DNA from: a virus
Taxonomy: Duplodnaviria; Caudoviricetes
Direction: 5' to 3' (one strand)
DNA: 64,000 bases
Virus record (IMG/VR): IMGVR_UViG_3300037418_002332
A program made the translations under genes and the position numbers. How positions within the stretch are numbered: position 1 is the stretch's first letter; every line of letters begins with the position of its first letter. Below are positions 10,410-19,834 of the stretch, piece by piece. Under the pieces are notes generated by a model. That model had not been told where the DNA came from, made no database searches, and saw only the letters and a list, made by a program, of their open reading frames with translations.

Positions 10410-11942
10410 ATGTCTTCCTCCTCTAATGCGCCTGTGAAGTCTACTCCTGAGCAAGAAGCCTACATGAATTTCTTCCTCGATCCCACCGAGAAGCGTTCCG
10501 GTGTTGTGATCGCCGTTGCCGGTTCAGGCAAAACCACTACCATTCTTTCCCCTCTCGATGACAAGCGTCTCGCCGGCAAGACCGTTGCGATGATCGCATT
10601 CAACAAGTCAATCGCCGGTGAGATCAAGGAAAAGCTCGCGAAGCGCGGCATCCCTTCGAACCGTGTTGAAGCCGGTACTTGCCACTCCTTCGGTCTTCGT
10701 GCTTATTCTGACGGCAACGGTCGTCCTCAGGTTGAAGGCAACAAGGTCTTCAAAATCACCGAAGATTACTTCGCGAATCATGGTGAGCTTCCTTTCGTGA
10801 TGAAGCCGATGGTTCGTAAGTTGGTTTCGATGGGTAAGCAGAACCTTGCCGGAATCGCCTTTCAGTTCAATGATATCGCAAAGTGGTGCGATTTTATCTA
10901 TCACTACGATATCAATACTTCCGATGCGATTATGGATGAGGAAATCGCCAAGGTTGCGATCGAAGTTCTCCGTATCTCGAACAATCAGCGGAAGGTCATC
11001 GACTTCGACGATATGATCTATCTTCCTATCCTCCAGAACCTGAAGTTTCAGAAATATGACTATGTCGTGATCGATGAAGCTCAAGATACCAATCCTGCCC
11101 GTCGTGAAATGGCGAAGCGTATGTTGGACCCTGAGACTGGTCGCTTGATGGCTGTTGGTGACGACAAGCAGGCGATCTACGGTTTCACTGGTGCTGGTGC
11201 TGATTCTCTGGAGCAGATCAAGAGGGATTTCGGCGCCACCGAAATGTCGCTGACCTACTGCTTCCGTTCCGGCAAGAAGATCGTTGAGTTCGCTAAGCAG
11301 TGGAATGAGAAGATTCAGCCTGCTCCGAACGCGATCGACGGCGAAGTGTCGAACCTTGAGATGGAGAAGTTCTACGCCGAGGAACTCACGGCCGAAAAGG
11401 TTATGCTTTGCCGTAACACCAAGCCTCTGATTGAGGTTGCCTTCACTCTGATCCGTAAGGGCATCCCGGCTTATGTTGAGGGACGCGATATCGGTGAGGG
11501 CCTGAAGAAGCTGGCCACCCGCTGGAAAATCAAGCGTATCGACCAGCTGATCGACAAGCTGGAGGCTTTCAAGGCTCGTGAGCTCAAGAAGGCTCGTGAC
11601 AAGAATGATGATAGCAAGGTCCAGTTCGTTGAGGATCAGGTTGCTACGCTGATGGTTATCATCGACCGATGCCAGAATGCTAAGCGTCATCTTATCGATG
11701 ATGTGGTCGCTGAGATCAATATCCTTTTCCGGGATACGGATGAAGGTCAGCGTCCCGCTTGCTTCACCCTCTCGACGATCCATAAGTCGAAGGGTCGCGA
11801 GTGGAATACGGTTTACTGGCTGGACCGTCTTGGTACCCTTCCTTCGAAGTATGCTAAGCAGGCCTGGCAGCTTCAGCAGGAAAGCAACCTGTGCTACGTC
11901 GCGGCAACCCGCGCGAAGCAGAAGCTGATCGAGGTTGCGTAA
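10410..11942 (+). CDS. UvrD/Rep-family SF1 helicase
   Basis: AVAGSGKTTT, IDEAQD, VGDDKQAIYGF, CFRS, TIHKSKGREW, YVAATRAK. Confidence 0.93.
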   Translation: MSSSSNAPVKSTPEQEAYMNFFLDPTEKRSGVVIAVAGSGKTTTILSPLDDKRLAGKTVAMIAFNKSIAGEIKEKLAKRGIPSNRVEAGTCHSFGLRAYSDGNGRPQVEGNKVFKITEDYFANHGELPFVMKPMVRKLVSMGKQNLAGIAFQFNDIAKWCDFIYHYDINTSDAIMDEEIAKVAIEVLRISNNQRKVIDFDDMIYLPILQNLKFQKYDYVVIDEAQDTNPARREMAKRMLDPETGRLMAVGDDKQAIYGFTGAGADSLEQIKRDFGATEMSLTYCFRSGKKIVEFAKQWNEKIQPAPNAIDGEVSNLEMEKFYAEELTAEKVMLCRNTKPLIEVAFTLIRKGIPAYVEGRDIGEGLKKLATRWKIKRIDQLIDKLEAFKARELKKARDKNDDSKVQFVEDQVATLMVIIDRCQNAKRHLIDDVVAEINILFRDTDEGQRPACFTLSTIHKSKGREWNTVYWLDRLGTLPSKYAKQAWQLQQESNLCYVAATRAKQKLIEVA

Positions 11943-11964
11943 TCTTTCAGCCGAACTAAGTAGT

Positions 11965-11992
11965 GGCGCTGGGGATGAAAGTTCCTGGCGCC
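11965..11992 (+). terminator. GC-rich hairpin after helicase
   Basis: ggcgctgggga-tgaaag-ttcctggcgcc. Confidence 0.5.
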
Positions 11993-12014
11993 ATCATTTG
12001 TTGAAAGGTGTTTA

Positions 12015-12212
12015 ATGGATTTCTTCGTTTATTTTTCTATCTGGTATTTCACAACCGGCTTGATCTTCGCGGTCACTTGTCTAGTCCTAACAGAAGACAT
12101 TGGTGATAGAAAGCGAGACGCTCGATATTGGATCACCCAATTCCCGTTGTTAGTGATTATCTGGCTTTATGTGTTTTTGACTCTTATCTCAGTATGGATG
12201 CGTTCTGAATGA
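12015..12212 (+). CDS. small membrane protein
   Basis: two hydrophobic segments. Confidence 0.55.
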   Translation: MDFFVYFSIWYFTTGLIFAVTCLVLTEDIGDRKRDARYWITQFPLLVIIWLYVFLTLISVWMRSE

Positions 12213-12862
12213 CCAACTTGCCTAATCCGATTGATGAATGCTTGATCATTCCGACTTCGTACAAAACTCATATTCGCGCTTTGTATAATAATCCAAATCG
12301 AGTTTATCATAATACGGAACACATTTGTAAAATTTGGCATTATTATCTGAACAATAATCCAGGTCATCACAGTTGGCATGAAAGAATTAAGATCACAACA
12401 ATTTTCCATGATGTGATCTACAATGTTGGTTCATCAACCAATGAAATTGATTCAGCCAATTATATGCTCACCGTTCTTGGTTTGAATACAATGGCCGGAA
12501 CTCCTCGGTATCAAGCACCAGCAGGTGTATTTGCTGAAATTTATGATACAATCATAGCAACCTGTGATCATACATTGGCTGAAAATTCTGATTTGCCTGA
12601 ATGGTCCAAAATGTTTCTGGATTTGGATTTGTTCGAACTTGGTTCCAGTCAAAACGTTTACGATGAAAACACTTTGAAAATCGCAGCTGAATATATGTCT
12701 AAATACTCTAAGGTGGAGATGCTTGCTGCTCGTAAACGTTGGGTCGTTAAAATGCTTGATGCTCCAAAAATATTTTGGCACTTTACTGACCGTGAAAACC
12801 AGGCTAGGTTAAATCTCGAGCATAGTTTGAAAGCTCTAGAATCAGTTGACTCAACACTTTGA
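12209..12862 (+). CDS. HD-superfamily metal-dependent phosphohydrolase
   Basis: RVYHNTEH, FHDVIY, FLDLDL motifs. Confidence 0.8.
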   Translation: MTNLPNPIDECLIIPTSYKTHIRALYNNPNRVYHNTEHICKIWHYYLNNNPGHHSWHERIKITTIFHDVIYNVGSSTNEIDSANYMLTVLGLNTMAGTPRYQAPAGVFAEIYDTIIATCDHTLAENSDLPEWSKMFLDLDLFELGSSQNVYDENTLKIAAEYMSKYSKVEMLAARKRWVVKMLDAPKIFWHFTDRENQARLNLEHSLKALESVDSTL

Positions 12863-13935
12863 AGGATTATTCAATGAAGCATGAATACAATTATGAGTTT
12901 TCGGCAAACTCAAGCACCAGTCATATGATGATAATGAGATTGACGAATGAGGTTTTGAACGGTGAAAAGCATATCGTTATGTCAGCAGGGTCCTGGGACC
13001 TTGAAAATAACGATTTGGTGGAGTACATTGTAGGTCTTGAACCAGACCTCAAGGTGAATTATGCTTCGAGTGCTGAGGCTGTTGTGTATGGTTCGAATGA
13101 TTGGTTTGCATTAATTAGTTTCCGTATGTCTTCATATGCTGATCCTTATTACCAGCCAACGTCATGCGTAGCGAGTGTCGCATTCCACGCAAGGACTTAC
13201 CAAAAAGCCTTCGATATGGCCCATGCCTTTGATATAAAATTTGAACCGGACAAGGTGGATGAAAATACCAATACAAATTGGGCAAGTTTGAACCCAAAGG
13301 GTGAAATCTCTTATACGACTTTGAACCTTAAGAAGTTTGAAACGTTCTATCCTGAATTTTATCCATACATTCGTGGTGGTGACGTTGACGGTTATATCGA
13401 TGATTTTATCAAATCAAAGTCCAGTATCCTAATTTTGATTGGCGATCCTGGGTTGGGCAAATCAAGCCTTATCAATTATCTGCTTCAACGCGCCAAATGG
13501 TCCTCAGTGGTTGCGTACGATGAATATGTGATGTCAATGGATTCATTCTATATTGATTTCGTTTCAAGTCACCGTAAGGCTATGATTCTTGAGGACGCGG
13601 ATATCTTGTTGGCTGGTCGTGCTGAGGCTGGTAACAAAACGATGTCCAAAATTCTGAATGTGTCTGACGGCATTATTGATTCAGGTAAGAAATATATTTT
13701 CTCAGCAAACCTTCAAAACATTTCTGATATCGATGATGCGTTGCGTCGTCCCGGTCGGTGTTTTGATATTTTGAACTTCCGTCCTTTGAATAAGGATGAA
13801 GCACTAGTGGCTGCGAAAGCCATTGGAAAGGATTTGCCTTTCCAAAATACCAGATATACAATGGCAGAAATATTCAACAGCAAAAGCGACGATGATAACG
13901 TCGTATCAATAAGAAGAAAAGTAGGATTTACATGA
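12859..13935 (+). CDS. AAA+ ATPase
   Basis: GDPGLGKS, ILEDAD, DDALRRPGR arginine finger. Confidence 0.88.
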   Translation: MKDYSMKHEYNYEFSANSSTSHMMIMRLTNEVLNGEKHIVMSAGSWDLENNDLVEYIVGLEPDLKVNYASSAEAVVYGSNDWFALISFRMSSYADPYYQPTSCVASVAFHARTYQKAFDMAHAFDIKFEPDKVDENTNTNWASLNPKGEISYTTLNLKKFETFYPEFYPYIRGGDVDGYIDDFIKSKSSILILIGDPGLGKSSLINYLLQRAKWSSVVAYDEYVMSMDSFYIDFVSSHRKAMILEDADILLAGRAEAGNKTMSKILNVSDGIIDSGKKYIFSANLQNISDIDDALRRPGRCFDILNFRPLNKDEALVAAKAIGKDLPFQNTRYTMAEIFNSKSDDDNVVSIRRKVGFT

Positions 13936-14153
13936 AAAACGTTTATTGGGTTGCCGTTCTAGGCATCCTAATTCTAGCAGGAAGCATGAAAATTTTTGAC
14001 CAAGGAAATCAGATCAAGGAGCTCACTAAGCAACCATCGCTTAGTGACCCTTGTGAAAAGAACAGATGTAAGGATAAAGTCAAGATAACTTTTGAAGCTC
14101 CTTCATCTAAAATATTGAAGGATTACTTTAGGAGTTTGCAACATCATGATTAA
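13932..14153 (+). CDS. membrane-anchored protein, possible i-spanin
   Basis: N-terminal TM; overlaps a lipoprotein gene. Confidence 0.4.
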   Translation: MKNVYWVAVLGILILAGSMKIFDQGNQIKELTKQPSLSDPCEKNRCKDKVKITFEAPSSKILKDYFRSLQHHD

Positions 14154-14592
14154 ATATGCAGCATTGGCGCTGTCTGTCGTATTGGCAGGCTGCGTTACAA
14201 ACACATCAGACGATTATCAGACGGTTTATAGACAACCATCCACCAATATTGTTTTGCCAGCACCAAGAATTGTTGACAAGCAACATACGGCAACGAAAGT
14301 TGCAGAAAAACCAAAACCAAAGACAAGGGTCGTAGAGAAGATCGTAACCGTTCCAGTGCCTTCTGAAAAGCCTGTCAACCCTAATCCATTGGTAGTTGAC
14401 CCAAAGCTTTTGGATTGTCCGTTGGTGGAAACTTTCCCTAATCCTGACACCTTGACTGATACGCAGGTCAAGGCAGTTTTGCAACAATTGATTGATCTAA
14501 ACAAAACCTGTCATTACAATTCAATTCAGGTTAAGGCAAAGATTGACCAATATAACAAATATCTTGAAATGGGAGACAAATTTGATGGCTGA
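14146..14592 (+). CDS. lipoprotein, possible o-spanin
   Basis: lipobox LAGC; Pro-rich; DCP...C C-terminal region. Confidence 0.5.
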   Translation: MIKYAALALSVVLAGCVTNTSDDYQTVYRQPSTNIVLPAPRIVDKQHTATKVAEKPKPKTRVVEKIVTVPVPSEKPVNPNPLVVDPKLLDCPLVETFPNPDTLTDTQVKAVLQQLIDLNKTCHYNSIQVKAKIDQYNKYLEMGDKFDG

Positions 14593-14761
14593 TTGGAAAG
14601 GAACAAGAGTCAGTATTCAAATTATGGATATGGATTTGAAATCAGTATATTCGGAAAAAGTGTTGCTTGATACTGATACGATGAATGATTTGTTTGATCG
14701 ATTTAATCCTGGCGAACATATCTATTCTATCATTCGTTTACGCGAAAATTTGGACAAATAA
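14585..14761 (+). CDS. small hypothetical protein
   Basis: ATG at 14585 preceded by GGAGA. Confidence 0.5.
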   Translation: MADWKGTRVSIQIMDMDLKSVYSEKVLLDTDTMNDLFDRFNPGEHIYSIIRLRENLDK

Positions 14762-14787
14762 AAAGGGGAGCCATGGCTCCCCTTTTT
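14761..14787. terminator. Bidirectional rho-independent terminator
   Basis: aaaaggggagccatggctcccctttt between convergent genes. Confidence 0.85.
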
Positions 14788-14789
14788 AG

Positions 14790-15695
14790 TTACTTTATTG
14801 GGCGACGCGCATATTTTCCTGAAGAACTGTAATTTGGGAAAGCATTAGGGAAGCTCTTTTTCTGATCCACAATAATGCCTCTCTTTTCCAATCCTTCCTT
14901 ATCATCATAATAGATGCACAAAATATTATCCGGATTCTTATTGAAAGTGCTGTAATCAGTAACAACTGCTGATTCAGTTTCAGCGCCCCAACCTGTACCC
15001 AGATTGTTTTGTGGTGCAGGTGCGGCAGCAGCCATAGCAATTGGAGCGTTTGATCCAACAACAGCAGTTGAGGTATGTATAGCATTCAATTCAGATGATT
15101 GAATCGGAGCACTTGCATTGAAACTGGTTGTTTCAGTTGTCAACCAGTCACCAGTTGTTGCTACAAATGTATTATCATACTCAGTTGCACTAACTCCTGG
15201 TGAAAGAAGTGAAGTGCCTCTACCAACTGAAGTTCCAACGCCATTAGTTGAATACCAAACACCTGCCGGAGAAGTTGTAGGTACGAATGTCAAATTGCTG
15301 TAATATGTTGGTTTCACTTCTTCAGCAAATACCATGATGCCGATAACACCAATGTTCTTATTATCTTCACCCATCTTCGCATTGTAGGACTTGCCTTTGC
15401 CTGAGAAGTAGAACTTGTTGACCGCAGTGTCAGAAACTCTCCAACCTTCAATTTCAATGGTTGAATAAGGATGGATGACGTAACCTTGGCTTTCTGCGCC
15501 GGCTGGTTTACCATCCATGACTGACAGGCCGTCAACGCTCATGACAACCTTTACTTTTTGCCAGCCGCGATTTCTGACTTCGATGGTGAAATCTGACTTC
15601 TTGCGTCCTTCAACGAAAAAATTGCCTTCATGGTAATATTCCTTCAGTGGTTTACCACCGACTTTTACGATTAGATCTTGATTACCCAATTGCAT
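14790..15695 (-). CDS. conserved hypothetical protein (vWA-associated)
   Basis: MSVDGLSVMDGKPA...GYV...IEGWR...F block seen in a bacterial/phage uncharacterised family. Confidence 0.7.
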   Translation of the reverse strand: MQLGNQDLIVKVGGKPLKEYYHEGNFFVEGRKKSDFTIEVRNRGWQKVKVVMSVDGLSVMDGKPAGAESQGYVIHPYSTIEIEGWRVSDTAVNKFYFSGKGKSYNAKMGEDNKNIGVIGIMVFAEEVKPTYYSNLTFVPTTSPAGVWYSTNGVGTSVGRGTSLLSPGVSATEYDNTFVATTGDWLTTETTSFNASAPIQSSELNAIHTSTAVVGSNAPIAMAAAAPAPQNNLGTGWGAETESAVVTDYSTFNKNPDNILCIYYDDKEGLEKRGIIVDQKKSFPNAFPNYSSSGKYARRPIK

Positions 15696-15697
15696 GA

Positions 15698-16480
15698 TTA
15701 TTCTCCCATTTCAGTCTTTTCAGCGTCAGTGTAAACTGCGTTTGATTCATAGATAGCTTGACCAGTGATACCTGATGATCTCAATGATTTCATACGTGAC
15801 AAACTTGAACTCATTGATTGATAAGTGCTTGCAGTTTTTGAAGTTGAATAGTTGCTTACAGCTGCGGTATTGATACCGATGCTATGTGCTTCACTGAATG
15901 AATCAACATTTGCCCCAACGTATGAAACAATCCAATCAGCCTTTTCACATGATTGAAGCATTTCCTTGATACGTTCACGATTGAACTTACGTGATTGATT
16001 TTCTTGACCATCGGTGATGATTTGGATAAAGATTGAAGGACGATCACGCTTTCTTGACTTGGTTGCCAAAAGTGCGTTTGCCTTTTCAATTGTATATCCA
16101 ACAGCATCCAAAAGGTTGGTGCCGCCGCGTGGTGAGTAATCTCTGAATTCACCCAATGAAGTTGCTTGAACACCATCGATTGGAGTCAAGATATTTCCGC
16201 CTTCAAACTTGATGACAGTTATCTTAGTACCATCGTTGTCTTTTGCTTGACTTTTGATGAGAGTATTGACGCCACCAATTGTATCCTTTGTCAAATCGGA
16301 CATGGAACCTGATTCATCCAAAAGTAGAAAGTAATGGAACCCATTGGTGCCGGCCTTCTTAGCTTTGAATGGTTTTGATGCAACCGGAGCAGGTGCTGCC
16401 GTTACAGGTTGTACAAAAGTAATTGATTGGTGAAAATTTGGGAATGCGTTTGGAAGTGTAGTTGTGATATGTCTGACCAT
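15698..16480 (-). CDS. von Willebrand factor A domain protein
   Basis: MIDAS LLDESGSM, GGTNLLDA, IITDGQEN. Confidence 0.9.
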   Translation of the reverse strand: MVRHITTTLPNAFPNFHQSITFVQPVTAAPAPVASKPFKAKKAGTNGFHYFLLLDESGSMSDLTKDTIGGVNTLIKSQAKDNDGTKITVIKFEGGNILTPIDGVQATSLGEFRDYSPRGGTNLLDAVGYTIEKANALLATKSRKRDRPSIFIQIITDGQENQSRKFNRERIKEMLQSCEKADWIVSYVGANVDSFSEAHSIGINTAAVSNYSTSKTASTYQSMSSSLSRMKSLRSSGITGQAIYESNAVYTDAEKTEMGE

Positions 16481-16585
16481 ATATGATCTCCTTTCGGTCT
16501 TAGACGGGCCAATCTTGCCCTAACTGCCATATGTAACCCAACTTGGTTACATTGTTATATAGTGCCTGACCAAGAACCTGAAACA

Positions 16586-16593
16586 AATAAATA
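16586..16593 (+). promoter_or_regulatory. T4-type late promoter variant
   Basis: AATAAATA about 27 nt upstream of a probable virion gene. Confidence 0.55.
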
Positions 16594-16619
16594 CTAAAAA
16601 TCTTAGAAAAAGGTGTAGG

Positions 16620-17588
16620 ATGACGAACAAGACTGAAATCGATGAAGGTATGTTCACGCCATACTCACAATTTTTTAAACAAACTAAGCCTGCTACTCAT
16701 GAAGATCATACTCATGAATATCACTGCGAAGTTAGCTTGTGGCATTATCAACCACGTGGTGTAACCTGCACTATTTACAAAGGCAGCAAAGTTGTTTGGG
16801 AACACAAATCAAATAATCCAAATACATTGATGGCTGATGAAGCTAAAATGTATCAAATGATTCGTTCCTTGAATCTCAATACAAATACAATTACCATCTT
16901 GAAGAAAATCAATGGTCGTGTTGTAGATGAAGTCGGTGAAAGCGTTGTACATGAAGCGAGACGTCCTGGGAGATTCAACGCAGTTGCCCCTACAAAAAGA
17001 AAAGGATTGACTGTTGGGGATACCAACCAAGTTGGTCCAAATCAAATTGAAATAGTTTTGCCACGTGATGATTTGGATAAGCGTAAGACTCTTCTAAAAC
17101 CATTGATCGATTCAGGTCATAAAATTATTAATACAGTCAGAAACGGAAGGATGGACATTGTGACCTTGAAAACTCCGAACATCGTAAGTGAAGATGTTAA
17201 GCTTGATGAACGCGTCATTGATTACCAAGAAAGACGCAAGAGAGCTATGACTATTCGCAAATACAAAAATAAGCTAAAATTAGCAAGAGTTCGTTCAGAA
17301 AAAAGATTGGCAGATTCTAGCCATCTTGAAGCACGTGCTCGTAAAGCAGCTATCATGTTAATCCGTAGAAAGTTTGCTGGTAAGCAGGGTGCAGACTATG
17401 CCAATCTCTCACCAAGCGCGAAAATTGCGGTTGATAAAAAGATTGAACCAAAGAAGCGTTTGATCGCTAAAATTGCTGCTCGTATCTTGCCTAAGATTAG
17501 ACAAAAAGAAATTGCTCGTTTCAGAGCTAGAAACAAGAGTGCGTCTGAACAATTGGCATCAGGTACAGTTCCTAATCCATTGTCATAA
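16620..17588 (+). CDS. probable internal head/prohead-core-type protein
   Basis: very basic C-terminus; repeated (I/V/L)xE putative gp21 sites; late promoter. Confidence 0.5.
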   Translation: MTNKTEIDEGMFTPYSQFFKQTKPATHEDHTHEYHCEVSLWHYQPRGVTCTIYKGSKVVWEHKSNNPNTLMADEAKMYQMIRSLNLNTNTITILKKINGRVVDEVGESVVHEARRPGRFNAVAPTKRKGLTVGDTNQVGPNQIEIVLPRDDLDKRKTLLKPLIDSGHKIINTVRNGRMDIVTLKTPNIVSEDVKLDERVIDYQERRKRAMTIRKYKNKLKLARVRSEKRLADSSHLEARARKAAIMLIRRKFAGKQGADYANLSPSAKIAVDKKIEPKKRLIAKIAARILPKIRQKEIARFRARNKSASEQLASGTVPNPLS

Positions 17589-17598
17589 AGGTTGAATT

Positions 17599-18078
17599 AT
17601 GCTGAAGTTTTCTGAATTTAACAATGCTCCATTAGCCAAAAAATTCGTTGGCTTATTTGTGGATAAAGAAAGTCAAACAAAGCTTGATTTTTGGGCTCGT
17701 TCCATGAACTTTGATTTGACTAAAGATCATGATGGTCAAGATATTGGAATGTTTCCATTTCATGCCACTTTGTTCTATACTAATAACGAAGTGAGATACA
17801 TCAATATGGATTTTGTTTTTCCAAAAATTGAAGCCCAATTCAAGGGCATCGAACTATTCGGTGAAAACAATGATATTCCTGTTTTGACAGTACATAAATC
17901 AGACAAATTACTTGGATTGCGTGAATATTTTGAAGATCAAGGTTTTACTGATAGCAGACCATGGTCTCCTCATGTGACTTTGTCATATAACTGGAGCCCA
18001 ATCAATCCAATTAGCAACATGGTGTTGCCAAACTTTTCAATTTATTTCAACCGTCTTGTAATAGAGGATCAAGGATGA
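17599..18078 (+). CDS. 2H phosphoesterase, T4 57B/Acb1-like
   Basis: two HxT motifs (FHATLFY, PHVTLSY); N-terminus MLKFSEF similar to 57B. Confidence 0.75.
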   Translation: MLKFSEFNNAPLAKKFVGLFVDKESQTKLDFWARSMNFDLTKDHDGQDIGMFPFHATLFYTNNEVRYINMDFVFPKIEAQFKGIELFGENNDIPVLTVHKSDKLLGLREYFEDQGFTDSRPWSPHVTLSYNWSPINPISNMVLPNFSIYFNRLVIEDQG

Positions 18079-18785
18079 AAAACATAGCAGTAATGAAAGA
18101 CTCAAAAATGAGCGACATCTTCGATCCAGAAGATAAAGTTATCAATATCATGACACCAAATACATTTTCAGCTAGAAAATATGGGTTGCCTGAAAAAGGT
18201 GCGTTCTTGTACAAAGGTTATCCAATGTACTTGGATAGAACCGTCATTCACGCACGTAAGGAAGACAAAGCAAAGGTAGATGAATTGTTGAAAGAAGATA
18301 TTCAACTAATTGAAATTTCAAACAAGTTGCTTAACAACTATATGAAAAAATCTGGTGATGACATGGTTTCAGCTATGCATAAGCAAAAGGCTGGCCGTCC
18401 TGTGGATTGGAAAAAAGTGAATAAAAGATCAGCTGGTTATAACAAAGCCCATAGCAAAGTTAACACAGGTCGGTATTCAGATAAGAATTCGAAATCAAAG
18501 CTTGAAGTTGAATCAGTCCAACCAATCGATGAAATTTCAGTGAAGAAGCTTAGCAATTATATGAAAAAGGCTGATGATGAAATGCATTTGGCAAAAGATC
18601 AAATGAAGCATGCTGGAAGTAAAGAAGAACACGACAGCGGCAAAAAGTGGTTCAACAAACGTTCCAAAGGTTACAGCAAGGCTCACCAAAAGCTTGATGC
18701 GAAAGTCAATGCTCGTAGAACTGATGAAAATTTGTCACTATTCGCAAGGCTAAATAATCTTAGAAAGACGTTTGGAGACAAGTAA
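18075..18785 (+). CDS. repeat-containing basic protein, probable internal head protein
   Basis: two about 60-aa repeats EIS.K.L.NYMKK..D.M...NKRS.GY.KAH.K. Confidence 0.6.
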   Translation: MKNIAVMKDSKMSDIFDPEDKVINIMTPNTFSARKYGLPEKGAFLYKGYPMYLDRTVIHARKEDKAKVDELLKEDIQLIEISNKLLNNYMKKSGDDMVSAMHKQKAGRPVDWKKVNKRSAGYNKAHSKVNTGRYSDKNSKSKLEVESVQPIDEISVKKLSNYMKKADDEMHLAKDQMKHAGSKEEHDSGKKWFNKRSKGYSKAHQKLDAKVNARRTDENLSLFARLNNLRKTFGDK

Positions 18786-19192
18786 TGAAGATTTCAGAAT
18801 ATCCTGCATATTCAAATCTACAACCTAATGATATTCTGCTGGTTGTAGCAAACACAGACACTGATCCTGCAACTAAGTCTGTCCGTTACAAGGACATTCT
18901 AGCTCATCTATCAGCAAACACTTCAATTACTGCAAATTTTACAGTTACTGGTGATGTAACTGTAAGTGGTAACAATTACAATGTGACTTCTACTCATGTG
19001 AATTACACAAACTTGTCCATCCAAAATCTTAAAGTTTCATCAAACGGTTTCATCGTTAGCACGAAATATACACCGGCAAACTCCTCAATCAGTGAGGCAG
19101 GAAGTGCGGGCAAGTTCTCATTTGACGACGATTATATTTATGTGAAAACTGCTAACAATGTGACCAAAAGAGTAGCATTGTCAACATTCTAA
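18785..19192 (+). CDS. probable virion structural protein
   Basis: C-terminal FDDDYIYVKTANNVTKRVALSTF motif typical of phage fibre/virion proteins. Confidence 0.55.
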   Translation: MKISEYPAYSNLQPNDILLVVANTDTDPATKSVRYKDILAHLSANTSITANFTVTGDVTVSGNNYNVTSTHVNYTNLSIQNLKVSSNGFIVSTKYTPANSSISEAGSAGKFSFDDDYIYVKTANNVTKRVALSTF

Positions 19193-19596
19193 TGATTCTG
19201 ACTGAAAGTAATTTTACCCTTTTCGCTGCAAAATACTATGAAAATCATAATTGTGAGTCGCTAGAAGAGTTTGAAAAAGATATTGCAATTTTCAAATATC
19301 TGAAAAAACTGTTCTTCGTGTATGAGAATAAAAGCGACCTCCGTGAGCGTTTGATATTGAACCATCTAATAGTTCTGTACAACGTGTTTGAAGCGAAAGC
19401 TTGTACTAAAATGTTAGTGATGAAAATGAAAGAGTATCACTCGTTCCTTTTCCCGTTTTTATTGTTCCTTGGCTATTTGCCTCAGGATAAAATTACCGGA
19501 ATCTATAATGATCAATTTGTCATTAATGTGAGTGACATTCCTCTCAATGAGGAGATAATCAAAAAGCTTCGCGAAATTAAGGCCAATGTTAGATAG
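19192..19596 (+). CDS. conserved T4-like phage protein
   Basis: LTESNFTLFAAKYY...EEF...ERLILNHLIVLYNVF family. Confidence 0.75.
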   Translation: MILTESNFTLFAAKYYENHNCESLEEFEKDIAIFKYLKKLFFVYENKSDLRERLILNHLIVLYNVFEAKACTKMLVMKMKEYHSFLFPFLLFLGYLPQDKITGIYNDQFVINVSDIPLNEEIIKKLREIKANVR

Positions 19597-19834
19597 AGCT
19601 TCGCTCTTCGGTTAACCGGCCAGTAACCTTTGTTAACGAGTCAGTTGACCAAGGGAAGTAACGACTTGTTGGGAAGATTTTTCGACATTTCATGTCTCAA
19701 AACTTCTCGCGAGCGCGAGGAATAATTTTATCGCTATTTTCTTGATGTTAATCAAGGGTCTATAAAAATAAATCTAATGGTTTTCGAGAAGAATTTCTTG
19801 ATGCGTAACCGAAACAACTCTAGAATGGACGAAA

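Noticed and set aside
10608-11783. 391-aa minus-strand ORF
   Set aside because: Antisense shadow of the GC-rich UvrD gene; no motifs
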